27,785 nt of DNA, taken from positions 1-27,785 of the forward strand of contig DSDX01000161.1 of assembly GCA_011048485.1 (NCBI GenBank). The letters are read 5' to 3'. Position numbers and translations under genes: made by a program. Source of the stretch: Candidatus Aminicenantes bacterium (GTDB lineage: Bacteria > Acidobacteriota > Aminicenantia > Aminicenantales > Saccharicenantaceae). Under the pieces are notes generated by a model, which was not told the origin of the DNA, made no database searches, and saw nothing but the letters and a program-made list of their open reading frames with translations. Positions 16,056-24,236 of this stretch are shown here, in pieces. Each line of letters begins with the position of its first letter. Position 1 is the first letter of the stretch.

Positions 16056-16084
16056 TTGACAATGAGCCCGTTTTTTAGTATTTT
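16056..16084 (+). promoter_or_regulatory. sigma70-type promoter TTGACA-N17-TATTTT for the rplM operon
   Basis: Exact -35, 17 nt spacer, TAnnnT -10. Confidence 0.65.
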
Positions 16085-16123
16085 AGGGCGTCTTTCTATC
16101 TCTTGTTTTAAGGTTAGAAGCTG

Positions 16124-16552
16124 ATGAGGACGTATATTCCTAAAAAGGACGACATCGAGCAAAAATGGTGGCTGGTCAACGCCGAAGGCCGGATCCTCGG
16201 CCGCTTGGCCACCGAGATCGCTGACCTGATCCGCGGCAAGAGGAAGCCCCAATTCACCAGCCACCTGGACACCGGGGACTTCGTCGTCGTCGTCAACGCC
16301 GAAAAGGTCAAGGTCACCGGGCGCAAGCTCGAACAGAAGAAGTACTACAGTCACTCCCAGTATCCGGGCGGCATCAAGGAGGAGACCCTCAAGGACCTCC
16401 TGGCCCGGAAGCCTGAGGAGGTCATCAAGAAAGCCGTCTGGGGCATGGTTCCCAAGGGGAAACTCGGCCGGGCCCTGTACAAGAAGCTCAAGGTCTACCG
16501 CGGACCCTCCCACCCCCACGAAGCCCAGAATCCCCAGGAATACAAGTTTTAG
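16124..16552 (+). CDS. rplM: 50S ribosomal protein L13
   Basis: [42 protein letters not shown]; 142 aa. Confidence 0.98.
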   Translation: MRTYIPKKDDIEQKWWLVNAEGRILGRLATEIADLIRGKRKPQFTSHLDTGDFVVVVNAEKVKVTGRKLEQKKYYSHSQYPGGIKEETLKDLLARKPEEVIKKAVWGMVPKGKLGRALYKKLKVYRGPSHPHEAQNPQEYKF

Positions 16553-16561
16553 GAGGCCCCT

Positions 16562-16966
16562 TTGAGTCTGATCCAATACTACGGGACGGGGAAGAGGAAA
16601 TCTTCCATCGCCCGCGTCTTCCTGCGCTCGGGCAAGGGCGACATCACGCTCTACGTCAACAAGCGGCCGCGGCCCTTCGCCGATTATTTCCGCCTCGACG
16701 CCTACAGGGTCATCATCCGCCAGCCGCTCCGCCTCACGGACACCGAGGACAAGTTCGACATCTTCCTGAGGGTCAGCGGGGGCGGCGCCAAGGGCCAGGC
16801 CGAGGCCATCCGGCTGGGCATCGCCCGGGCCCTCGTCGAGTTCAACAGGGAGCTCAAGCCGGTCCTTAAATCGGCCAGCCTGCTGACGCGCGACGCCAGG
16901 GTCAAAGAGCGGAAAAAATACGGATTGCTGGGCGCCCGCAAGGCTCCTCAGTATCATAAGCGCTAA
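16562..16966 (+). CDS. rpsI: 30S ribosomal protein S9
   Basis: TTG start after a [39 protein letters not shown] and [19 protein letters not shown]. Confidence 0.98.
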   Translation: MSLIQYYGTGKRKSSIARVFLRSGKGDITLYVNKRPRPFADYFRLDAYRVIIRQPLRLTDTEDKFDIFLRVSGGGAKGQAEAIRLGIARALVEFNRELKPVLKSASLLTRDARVKERKKYGLLGARKAPQYHKR

Positions 16967-16980
16967 AGAGGAGGCTCACG

Positions 16981-17787
16981 TTGGTTTCCGTTACGATGAA
17001 AGAACTGCTGGAAGCGGGCGTCCATTTCGGGCACCAGACCAAGCGCTGGAACCCGAAAATGAAGGAATATATCTTCGGCCAGAGGAACGGCATCTACATC
17101 GTCGACCTGCAGAAGACGATCAAGAACTTCAAGGAAGCCCTCCATTTCCTCCGGGGCGTCGCCGAAGAGGGCAAGATGATCCTATTTGTGGGCACCAAGA
17201 AGCAGGCCCAGGACATTGTCCGCGACTACGCCGCCAAGAGCGAGTCGGCGTACGTCAACCAGCGCTGGCTCGGCGGCCTCCTGACGAACTTCGGCACCGT
17301 CCGGACGAGCGTCGACAAGCTCAAGGAGTTCGAGGAGATGAAGGAGGACGGGCGCTGGGAGATCCTCTCGAAGAAGGACCAGTCCAAGCTCGAGAAAGTC
17401 TACCGCAAGCTCCAGAAGAACCTCGGCGGGCTGAAGACCATGGACGGTCTCCCCGGGGCCATCTTCATCATCGACTCGTCGAAGGAGACCATCGCCATCG
17501 CCGAGGCCCGGAAGATGAAGGTCCCGATCGTGGCCGTCGTCGACACGAACGGCGACCCCGAGGAGATCGACTATCCCATCCCCGGCAACGACGACGCCGT
17601 GAGGGCCATCGAGCTGTTCACGTCGAAGGCCGCGGAATCGATCATCGAAGGCAAGAAGGAACGGATCAGCAAGGAGCTCCTCGAGCAGAAAGCGGCCGAG
17701 GAGGCGGAGGCGGCCGAGAGCGCGGAGAGGACGGAGGACGGGTCCGCCGGCGGCGTGGCCGAGGACGAGGTCCCCGAAGAGGTTTGA
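16981..17787 (+). CDS. rpsB: 30S ribosomal protein S2
   Basis: TTG start after [39 protein letters not shown] and [11 protein letters not shown]; acidic C-terminal tail. Confidence 0.98.
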   Translation: MVSVTMKELLEAGVHFGHQTKRWNPKMKEYIFGQRNGIYIVDLQKTIKNFKEALHFLRGVAEEGKMILFVGTKKQAQDIVRDYAAKSESAYVNQRWLGGLLTNFGTVRTSVDKLKEFEEMKEDGRWEILSKKDQSKLEKVYRKLQKNLGGLKTMDGLPGAIFIIDSSKETIAIAEARKMKVPIVAVVDTNGDPEEIDYPIPGNDDAVRAIELFTSKAAESIIEGKKERISKELLEQKAAEEAEAAESAERTEDGSAGGVAEDEVPEEV

Positions 17788-17807
17788 GCGAACGGAGAGA
17801 GACAATC

Positions 17808-18404
17808 ATGGAAGTCACCGCGGACAAGGTCAAGGAGCTCCGGGAGAGGACCGGCATCGGCATGATGGAGTGCAAGAGCGCCCTGGCCGAGTGCGGCTGC
17901 GATATGGACAAGGCCGTCGAGTTGCTGCGCAAGAAGGGCTACGCCCGGGCCGAGGCTAAGTCCGGCCGGGCGGCCAAGGAGGGCCTTGTCGGCTCCTACA
18001 TCCACATGAACGGCCGGATCGGCGTCCTGGTCGAGCTCAACTGCGAGTCCGACTTCGTGGCCCGCAACGACGAGTTCCAGGAGCTCGTCAAGGAGCTGGG
18101 CCTGCAGATCGCGGCGGCCAAGCCGCGCTGGATCGCCTCGAGCGACGTCCCCGCCGACATCGTGGCCAAGGAGAAGGAGATCATCCAGGCCCAGCTCGGC
18201 GACATGAAGAAGCCCCCCGAGATCTTGGACAAGATCGTCCAGGGCAAGCTGGGCAAGTTCTTCGAGGAGGTCTGCCTCCTCGACCAGCCCTATATCCGAG
18301 ACGACAAGGTCAAGGTCCGCGACCTCATCACCAAGCTCGTCGCCAAGATGGGCGAGAACATCAAGGTCGGCCGTTTCGCGCGCTTCGAGATCGGGCAGGA
18401 TTGA
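17808..18404 (+). CDS. tsf: Elongation factor Ts (short form, 198 aa)
   Basis: VKELRERTGIGMMECKSAL, EGLVGSYIH, ELNCESDFVARN, LLDQPYIRD and ENIKVGRFARF. Confidence 0.97.
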   Translation: MEVTADKVKELRERTGIGMMECKSALAECGCDMDKAVELLRKKGYARAEAKSGRAAKEGLVGSYIHMNGRIGVLVELNCESDFVARNDEFQELVKELGLQIAAAKPRWIASSDVPADIVAKEKEIIQAQLGDMKKPPEILDKIVQGKLGKFFEEVCLLDQPYIRDDKVKVRDLITKLVAKMGENIKVGRFARFEIGQD

Positions 18405-18430
18405 ACTCGGGCCCCGAACCGGTATAGAAT
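18401..18430 (+). promoter_or_regulatory. Internal promoter TTGAAC-N18-TAGAAT for pyrH
   Basis: The -35 overlaps the tsf stop codon. GGAG lies 8 nt before the ATG at 18450. Confidence 0.5.
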
Positions 18431-18449
18431 GGGGCCCGGAGCCAAGCCC

Positions 18450-19163
18450 ATGCCCAAGCCGGTCTACAAGCGCATCGTCCTCAAGATCTCGGGAGAATCC
18501 TTTCTCGGCGATGTCGCCTCGGGCATCGATTTTAAGCGGGCCTTCTCGGTCGCCCGCGAGATCAAGGCCGTCCACGATCTCGGCGTCGACGTCGCCGTCA
18601 TGATCGGCGGCGGCAACCTCTTCCGCGGCGCCAAGGGCATCAAGGAGGGCATCGACCAGGGCTCGGCCGACCAGATGGGCATGCTGGCCACGGTCATCAA
18701 CGGCATCGCCCTCCAGGCCGCGCTCGACAAGGCCGGGGCCGACACCCGCCACGTCTCGGCCATCGAGATCAAGTCCGTGGCCGAGCCGTTCATCCGCCGG
18801 CGGGTCATCCGCCATATGGAGAAGGGGCGGATCATCATCTTCTCCGCGGGCATCGGCAGCCCCTTCTTCACCACCGACACGGCGGCCGCCCAGCGGGCCC
18901 TCGAGATCGGGGCCGACATCATCTTCAAGGCGACCAAGGTCGACGGGGTCTACTCGTCCGACCCGGTGAGCGACCGAGAGGCCAAGCGGTTCAAGACCAT
19001 CCGATACATCGACGTCCTCAAGAAGAACCTCAAGGTCATGGACGCCACGGCCATCTCGCTGTGCGCCGACAACGGCATGCCCATCCTTGTCTTCGCCCTC
19101 GGCCAGGGCGGCAACATCAAGCGGGCCGTCCTGGGCGAGTCCATCGGCACCCGCGTCTCGTAA
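18450..19163 (+). CDS. pyrH: UMP kinase
   Basis: YKRIVLKISGE, GGGNLFRG, DQMGMLATVING, PFFTTDTAA and KVMDATA. ATG 18450 preferred because ATG 18429 overlaps the -10 element. Confidence 0.97.
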   Translation: MPKPVYKRIVLKISGESFLGDVASGIDFKRAFSVAREIKAVHDLGVDVAVMIGGGNLFRGAKGIKEGIDQGSADQMGMLATVINGIALQAALDKAGADTRHVSAIEIKSVAEPFIRRRVIRHMEKGRIIIFSAGIGSPFFTTDTAAAQRALEIGADIIFKATKVDGVYSSDPVSDREAKRFKTIRYIDVLKKNLKVMDATAISLCADNGMPILVFALGQGGNIKRAVLGESIGTRVS

Positions 19164-19238
19164 AAGGCCCTTCTCCTCTCTCCCTGCCCCCGAGACCTCC
19201 CCGGACAAGACCGGATCGTTCAGCTCTGACGCCTTTTG

Positions 19239-19247
19239 TGATAATCT
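19239..19247 (+). promoter_or_regulatory. Extended -10 TGaTAATCT, 6 nt before the sulfatase ATG (probable leaderless promoter)
   Basis: TGn plus TAnnnT. No SD between it and the ATG at 19254. Confidence 0.55.
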
Positions 19248-19253
19248 TGGGCC

Positions 19254-20699
19254 ATGCCGAGCCGTCGCGATTTCCTGAAGGCGGGCGCGGGCGCCGCGGC
19301 GTTGAGCCTCTTGGGCGGCCCGGCCTGTCGGGCCGGTCGGGCCAAGCCCAACATCGTGCTCGTCCTGGCCGACGACCTCGGTTCCAGCCAGCTCGGCTGC
19401 TATGGGGAGACGAAGATCCGTACCCCCCACATCGACCGCCTGGCCGCCGAGGGGACCCGCTTCACCCGGGCCTACTCCGGGAGTCCCGTCTGCGCGCCGT
19501 CGCGCTGCGTCCTGCTGACGGGGAAGCACACCGGCCACGCCCATGTCCGGGACAACCGGGAGATCAAGCCGGAAGGGCAGGCCCCTCTTCCGGCCGGGAC
19601 ACCGACCCTGCCGGGGCTTCTCCGGGACGCGGGCTACGCCACGGGGATCGTCGGCAAGTGGGGCCTGGGCTACCCCGGCTCGGACGGCGAGCCCCTGGCC
19701 CAGGGATTCGATTTCTTTTTCGGCTACAACTGCCAGCGCAAGGCCCATAATCATTACCCCCCGGAGCTCTGGCGCGACGCCGCGCGCGTCCGGCTCGCGG
19801 GCAACGACGGCGGGCCGACCGGGCGGCAATACGCCCCCGACCTCTTCGAGGCCGAGGCGCTCGGCTTCATCGAGGCGAACAGGGGGCGGCCGTTCTTCCT
19901 TTTCTTCGCCACGACCATCCCCCATCTGGCGCTCCAGGTCCCCGGCGATTCGTTGGCCGAGTACGCCGGCCTCTGGCCGGAGACGCCCTACGACGGGAGC
20001 AAAGGCTACCTTCCGCACCCGACGCCGAGGGCGGCCTACGCGGCCATGGTCACGCGCTTCGACCGCAGCGTCGGCCGGATCGTGGCCCGGCTCGGGGAGC
20101 TCGGGCTCGCCAAGGACACGCTCGTCCTCTTCGCCAGCGACAACGGCCCGACCTACGACGTCGGCGGCTACGACATGGATTTCTTCCGCGGGGCCGACGG
20201 TTTCCGCAGCCACAAGGGCTACCTCTACGAGGGCGGCATCCGGGTGCCGTTCATCGCCCGCCGTCCCGGCTCGGTCCCGGCCGGCCGGACGAGCGCCTGT
20301 CTCGTCACCTTTCAGGACCTTCTCCCGACGCTCCTCGACCTCGCCGGGGCGCGCCCCCCCGAGGGCGTGGACGGAGTGAGCCTCGGGCGCCATCTCGAAG
20401 GGCGGGCAGGAGGCCCGTCGGACGACCGTGCCCTCTATATGGAATTCCCGGCCTACGGGGGGCAACAGATGGCCCGGCTGGGCCGCTGGAAGGGCGTCCG
20501 CCAGGGCTTACTCAAGGACCCGGACGCTCCGGTCGAGCTCTACGATTTGGAGGCGGACCCCGGCGAGACCGCGAACGTCGCCGCGGCCCATCCGGAGGTC
20601 GTCGCCGAGCTGGCGGGGGTCATGGCCAGGGAGCGCCGCCCCTCGGAGCTCTTCCCCTTCCCGGCCCTTGATCGCGGCCCCTCCGGCCGGCTTCCTTGA
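19254..20699 (+). CDS. Tat-exported arylsulfatase-family (Cys-type) sulfatase
   Basis: 481 aa. Twin-arginine SRRDFLK; KPNIVLVLADDLG, CAPSRCVLLTG (CxPxR), GKWGLG, SDNGP and KGYLYEGGIRVP. Confidence 0.94.
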   Translation: MPSRRDFLKAGAGAAALSLLGGPACRAGRAKPNIVLVLADDLGSSQLGCYGETKIRTPHIDRLAAEGTRFTRAYSGSPVCAPSRCVLLTGKHTGHAHVRDNREIKPEGQAPLPAGTPTLPGLLRDAGYATGIVGKWGLGYPGSDGEPLAQGFDFFFGYNCQRKAHNHYPPELWRDAARVRLAGNDGGPTGRQYAPDLFEAEALGFIEANRGRPFFLFFATTIPHLALQVPGDSLAEYAGLWPETPYDGSKGYLPHPTPRAAYAAMVTRFDRSVGRIVARLGELGLAKDTLVLFASDNGPTYDVGGYDMDFFRGADGFRSHKGYLYEGGIRVPFIARRPGSVPAGRTSACLVTFQDLLPTLLDLAGARPPEGVDGVSLGRHLEGRAGGPSDDRALYMEFPAYGGQQMARLGRWKGVRQGLLKDPDAPVELYDLEADPGETANVAAAHPEVVAELAGVMARERRPSELFPFPALDRGPSGRLP

Positions 20700-20725
20700 C
20701 AGGCCGGCGCCCCGTGGTCTATCAT
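20696..20725 (+). promoter_or_regulatory. Promoter TTGACA-N18-TATCAT for frr
   Basis: The -35 overlaps the sulfatase TGA. An AAGGAG SD precedes the ATG at 20752. Confidence 0.65.
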
Positions 20726-20751
20726 CCCCTCGCCTGAAGGAGAGGATCGCC

Positions 20752-21309
20752 ATGGTCAAAGACGCGCTCAACGACGCCGGTAAAAAGATGAAGGTCTCGG
20801 CCGAGCATTTCCGCAAGGAGATCGGCATGCTCCGCACCGGCCGGGCCAACATCAGCCTCTTCGAGGAGATCAAGGTCGACTATTACGGTGTCCCCACGCC
20901 GGTCAACCAGGTGGCCACCCTCAAGGTCCCCGAACCGACCCTCATCGTCGTGCAGCCCTACGACCCTTCGATGCTCGAGCCGGTCGACAAGGCCATCCGC
21001 GGCGCCGACCTGGGCCTCAACCCCCTCAACGACGGCAAGCTCCTTCGCGTCCCCATCCCGCCGCTCGACGAGGAGCGGCGCCGGGAGATGGCCAAGCGGA
21101 TCGGCAGGATGCTCGAAGAGGAGAAGACGGCCCTCCGCAACATGCGCCGCGAGGCCAAGGAGTTCATCGAGGACCTCGAGAAGGAGAAGGAGATCACCGA
21201 GGACGAGAAGTTCTCTGGCCTCGAGCAGCTGCAGAAGCTCCTCGACGAGACGATCGAGAGGATCGAGGAGATGGCCAAGGCCAAGGAGCAGGAGATCCTG
21301 GAAGGCTGA
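20752..21309 (+). CDS. frr: Ribosome recycling factor
   Basis: 185 aa from the SD-supported ATG. LRTGRAN, VDYYGVPTPVNQVA, ADLGLNPLNDG and IPPLDEERR. Confidence 0.97.
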   Translation: MVKDALNDAGKKMKVSAEHFRKEIGMLRTGRANISLFEEIKVDYYGVPTPVNQVATLKVPEPTLIVVQPYDPSMLEPVDKAIRGADLGLNPLNDGKLLRVPIPPLDEERRREMAKRIGRMLEEEKTALRNMRREAKEFIEDLEKEKEITEDEKFSGLEQLQKLLDETIERIEEMAKAKEQEILEG

Positions 21310-21319
21310 GCGCCGGCCG

Positions 21320-22258
21320 TCAGCAGCCGGCCTGCTGCTTCATGAACCAGTTTTCGCGGGTGCCGAACTTCGTCCTGATTGCCACTCCCCAGCCGACGGC
21401 GTTCAGCACGAACGTGAACAGGAAGCCGAGGACGGGCACGAACCCGGCCAGGCTGAAGACGAGCAGGCCCATCAGCACCGCCCCCATGACGGTGATGTTC
21501 CGCGTCCGGAAGGCCCTCAGGGCGGTCTCGCCGAGCAGGTAGAAGACGGCCAGCCGGCCGAAGATCTTGACCACGAACCCGGCCGCGGCGAGCGCCAGAA
21601 GGAGGGGGATGCCGATGAGGACGACGCTCAGCAGGGCCGCGAAGAAGACAAGCGCGGTGAAGACGAGGATGGCCGCCAGGCCGGTCCCGAAGGTCGGCCA
21701 GAAGTGCTTGCGGATCTCGCCGCCGGCGTAGGCGATGGGCCCGGGCAGGAGGGCGGCGCCCAGCACGGCGGCGATGAGCCAGAGGAAGATCATGACCAGT
21801 TTGAAGGCGATGATGAGGGGGATGATCGAGAGCGAAAAGAGGCCCTCGAAGAACTCGCCGTCCCGGAAGAGCCGGTCGCCCAGCTCCCGGGTCTGAAAAT
21901 AGAGCGTGTCGCCGCCGATGGCGCACCCCGGCTCCTTCGTCAGCGTTCCGCCCAGGGCGGCCAGGTCCTCGCCGACCACGGCCGTGGACCGGACGATGAC
22001 CCGCGAGCCGATGCCGACGACGGACTTGCCGACCTTCCCGCCGATCGTGATCGATCCCCCGAGGACCACGACGTCGTTCCTGACCTCGCCCTCGATGAGG
22101 ACGTGCCCGCCGAAGCTGAGGATCTGCTCCTGGGTCTCGCCGGGGGCGACGTAAATGTCCTTGCCGGAGCTGACCTCGGCCCGCACCGCGGCCGGAACCG
22201 CGAGCGGAGCCGCCACGACCAGGCCGAAGAGGGCCAAAGCGACGATTTTTTTCATCAT
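21320..22258 (-). CDS. Membrane protein with an exported N-terminal polymer-forming-cytoskeletal (bactofilin-like) beta-repeat region and a multi-TM C-terminus
   Basis: 312 aa. Real start MMKKIVALALF at 22258 (ATGA overlap with the anti-sigma stop). Signal peptide; repeats ILSFGGHVLIEGEV / VVVLGGSITIGGKV / VVGIGSRV / LAALGGTL; about 4-5 TM helices. Confidence 0.75.
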   Translation of the reverse strand: MMKKIVALALFGLVVAAPLAVPAAVRAEVSSGKDIYVAPGETQEQILSFGGHVLIEGEVRNDVVVLGGSITIGGKVGKSVVGIGSRVIVRSTAVVGEDLAALGGTLTKEPGCAIGGDTLYFQTRELGDRLFRDGEFFEGLFSLSIIPLIIAFKLVMIFLWLIAAVLGAALLPGPIAYAGGEIRKHFWPTFGTGLAAILVFTALVFFAALLSVVLIGIPLLLALAAAGFVVKIFGRLAVFYLLGETALRAFRTRNITVMGAVLMGLLVFSLAGFVPVLGFLFTFVLNAVGWGVAIRTKFGTRENWFMKQQAGC

Positions 22259-22836
22259 GATCCTACTCCCTGCCGGAGGAATCGTCTCGCCCCGAAGAAA
22301 GCGAGGAGCGCGAACAGCATGCTCAGGCCGGCGGCGAGGGCGATGCCTTCCGGGCCGAGGATGCGCGTCAAGGCCGACAGGCCCGAGAAACCCAGGCCCG
22401 CGAGGTTCCCGGCGACCTTGGCCAGGACGCTTCCGATCTTGAGCGTCTTGACGGCCAACGGCGTGAACAGGGCCACGACCTCGCCGAGGAAGCGGTTGAC
22501 GGCGACCAGCATCCCGAAGACGCTCTGGCCGGTGAAGATGTGGAAACCGGCCAGGCCGACCGTGAGCGCGGCCGCGGCGGCGAGGAGGGGCGCCAGCCAG
22601 CCGGCCTTCGCGGTCTCCGGCGCGGGCAGGCTGTCCATGACCGAGCGGGCGAAGCCTTCCGGCACCTCGAACGGTGGCAGGCTGGTAAAGGCCTCGTGGA
22701 GCAGGCGCCTTTCCTCCAGGGCCTCGCGGCAGGCGGCGCAACACTCGAGGTGCTCCTCGAGCTTGGCGGCCTCGTAGGGCCCGAGCTCGCCCTCGAGATA
22801 GAGGTAGATCGCTTTGGGTCGCGGGCAGGCGTTCAC
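22255..22836 (-). CDS. Zinc-finger (zf-HC2/ZAS) transmembrane anti-sigma factor
   Basis: 193 aa, GTG start overlapping the sigma stop. C..YLYLEGEL..EHLECCAAC (HxxxCxxC); hydrophobic C-terminal helices. Confidence 0.88.
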   Translation of the reverse strand: MNACPRPKAIYLYLEGELGPYEAAKLEEHLECCAACREALEERRLLHEAFTSLPPFEVPEGFARSVMDSLPAPETAKAGWLAPLLAAAAALTVGLAGFHIFTGQSVFGMLVAVNRFLGEVVALFTPLAVKTLKIGSVLAKVAGNLAGLGFSGLSALTRILGPEGIALAAGLSMLFALLAFFGARRFLRQGVGS

Positions 22837-23393
22837 GGTCTCCCCATGGTCCTTCGCAGCATTTCCTTGGCCTGGAAGACGCGGTTCTTGACCGTGCCCA
22901 CGGGCAGGCTTTTGATGTCGGCGATCTCCTCGTACGAGAACTCGTTGACGTGCCGGAGCACGAACAGCTCCCGGAGCGCTTCCGGAACGGCCTCAAGGGC
23001 CCGTTCGATCCTTTGCCTGATCTCGGCCAGCTCGAACCTGCGGACGACCGAAGGGCCGGGATCGGCAAGCTGGGGCATGACCGGTCCGTCCTTCTCCTCG
23101 ATGGGCTGGTCGATCGACACGGTCGGCAGCTTCTTCTTCCTCCAGTGGTCGATGAGGTGGTTCGAGGCGATCTTGAACAGCCAGGTCGAGAACTTGAAGG
23201 CCGGGCGGTAAGAGGCCAGCGAGCAATAGGCCTTGAGGAAGACCTCCTGGGCGAAATCGAGGGCCGTTTCGCGCTCTCCCGTCATCCGGCTAAGGTAGTT
23301 CGTGAGCGGCTGCTCGTACTTGCGGACGATCATCTCATATGCCCTGCGGTCTCCTTTGAGGGCCCGGGACACAAGCTGGCGATCTTCGGTCAT
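22833..23393 (-). CDS. ECF RNA polymerase sigma factor (SigW/RpoE-like)
   Basis: 186 aa from ATG 23393. DFAQEVFLKAY, FSTWLFKIASNHLIDHWRK and SYEEIADIKSLPVGTVKNRVFQAK. Confidence 0.94.
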   Translation of the reverse strand: MTEDRQLVSRALKGDRRAYEMIVRKYEQPLTNYLSRMTGERETALDFAQEVFLKAYCSLASYRPAFKFSTWLFKIASNHLIDHWRKKKLPTVSIDQPIEEKDGPVMPQLADPGPSVVRRFELAEIRQRIERALEAVPEALRELFVLRHVNEFSYEEIADIKSLPVGTVKNRVFQAKEMLRRTMGRP

Positions 23394-23422
23394 CGAGAGA
23401 GCATCCTGCCCTCGGGTTTTCA

Positions 23423-23448
23423 TACGAATGCCCCGGTGAAAGGTTTAG
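23423..23448 (-). promoter_or_regulatory. ECF-type promoter (CT)AAAC-N16-CGTA upstream of the ECF sigma gene
   Basis: Minus strand reads ctAAAC ctttcaccggggcatt CGTA, matching the SigW-type AAAC-N16-CGTA pattern. The -35 overlaps the lolA stop. Confidence 0.65.
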
Positions 23449-24137
23449 CGGCCCCCACGGTCCGCGTGTCCCGTGTCGTCGATGATCTCGGTGTCCGGGG
23501 GGACCTTCAGGCTGAAGGTCCCGGCCGGGATGCGGACGCCCGTCCGGACCTGGCTGAACACGAACTCCCTCTTGTTGCCTTCCCACTCGAGGAAAATGGC
23601 CCGCCGCAGAAGCCAGGTCCGCTCGTCGATCTCGAGAAGGATGTGCGTGAACTCACCCTCGGTCCGGGGGGTCAGCTTGATCTGGCGGACGCGGGTGGCC
23701 TCGGTGGGGAAGGGGCTGTCTTCGATGACGTAGGCCTCCTCGAACGAAATCGTGCCCAGGAAGATGCCGAAGATATCGGACTCCAGGGCCTCCCGGGAGA
23801 CCAGGCTCCGGGTGAGCTGTTTGTCCTCGGGCAGGTACATTTCGAGGACGCCTTCCTTGTAGAGGAAGACCTTGTCCTGGGGGTCCTTGTAGACCCAGCG
23901 CATCCGGTCGGGCTTCTGGAGGAAAAGCTCCCCCCTTTCTCGGAGGGGCTCGGAGACGGCCATGGAATAGTGGAGCTGCTCGAAACGCGCCTGGAGGGTC
24001 GCGACGGCCCGGAGGGCCCGCTCTAAATGGGCCGCGGCCTCCTCCGGCGACACGGCCTGGCCCGCGGGGACGGAGGCGGGCCTGGCAGCGCAGGCCAGCA
24101 GGATCAAGCCGGCGAGAAGGGGGCGGAGACGGTTCAT
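23445..24137 (-). CDS. lolA: Outer-membrane lipoprotein carrier protein LolA family
   Basis: 230 aa from ATG 24137. Signal peptide; TLQARFEQ..ERGELFLQKPDRMRWVYKDP and C-terminal FSLKVPPDTEIIDD. Confidence 0.82.
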   Translation of the reverse strand: MNRLRPLLAGLILLACAARPASVPAGQAVSPEEAAAHLERALRAVATLQARFEQLHYSMAVSEPLRERGELFLQKPDRMRWVYKDPQDKVFLYKEGVLEMYLPEDKQLTRSLVSREALESDIFGIFLGTISFEEAYVIEDSPFPTEATRVRQIKLTPRTEGEFTHILLEIDERTWLLRRAIFLEWEGNKREFVFSQVRTGVRIPAGTFSLKVPPDTEIIDDTGHADRGGR

Positions 24138-24144
24138 GACGGAC

Positions 24145-24150
24145 ATTATA
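24145..24150 (-). promoter_or_regulatory. -10 TATAAT, 7 nt before the lolA ATG (probable leaderless promoter)
   Basis: Minus strand TATAAT-gtccgtc-ATG. TTCGAC lies 17 nt upstream. No SD. Confidence 0.6.
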
Positions 24151-24223
24151 GCCCAAAACCGGACCGGGTCGAAGCCGCTCCCCTCGTCGGCGGCGGCTCT
24201 GATCGTCCGTCCCCGTTTTGTTA

Positions 24224-24229
24224 TATACT
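24224..24229 (+). promoter_or_regulatory. -10 TATACT, 7 nt before the SSS GTG (probable leaderless promoter)
   Basis: TATACT-tccgcgc-GTG. No SD. Confidence 0.55.
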
Positions 24230-24236
24230 TCCGCGC

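Noticed and set aside
17571-20465. 964-aa minus-strand ORF, plus other long antisense ORFs (5164-7248, 7422-8909, 9210-11108, 12694-14208, 3373-4773, 11164-12258)
   Set aside because: They shadow well-supported genes on the opposite strand. High GC at third codon positions removes stops in antisense frames, and the products have no recognisable motifs.
21320-23068. 582-aa ORF that might be a fusion or frameshift product
   Set aside because: The upper part is an alternative frame over the sigma and anti-sigma genes. The real protein starts at 22258 with a clear signal peptide and ATGA coupling.
23421-23423. ATG 23423 as the ECF sigma start
   Set aside because: It overlaps the predicted -10 element (CGTA), so it would not be transcribed from that promoter. 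ATG 23393 fits better.
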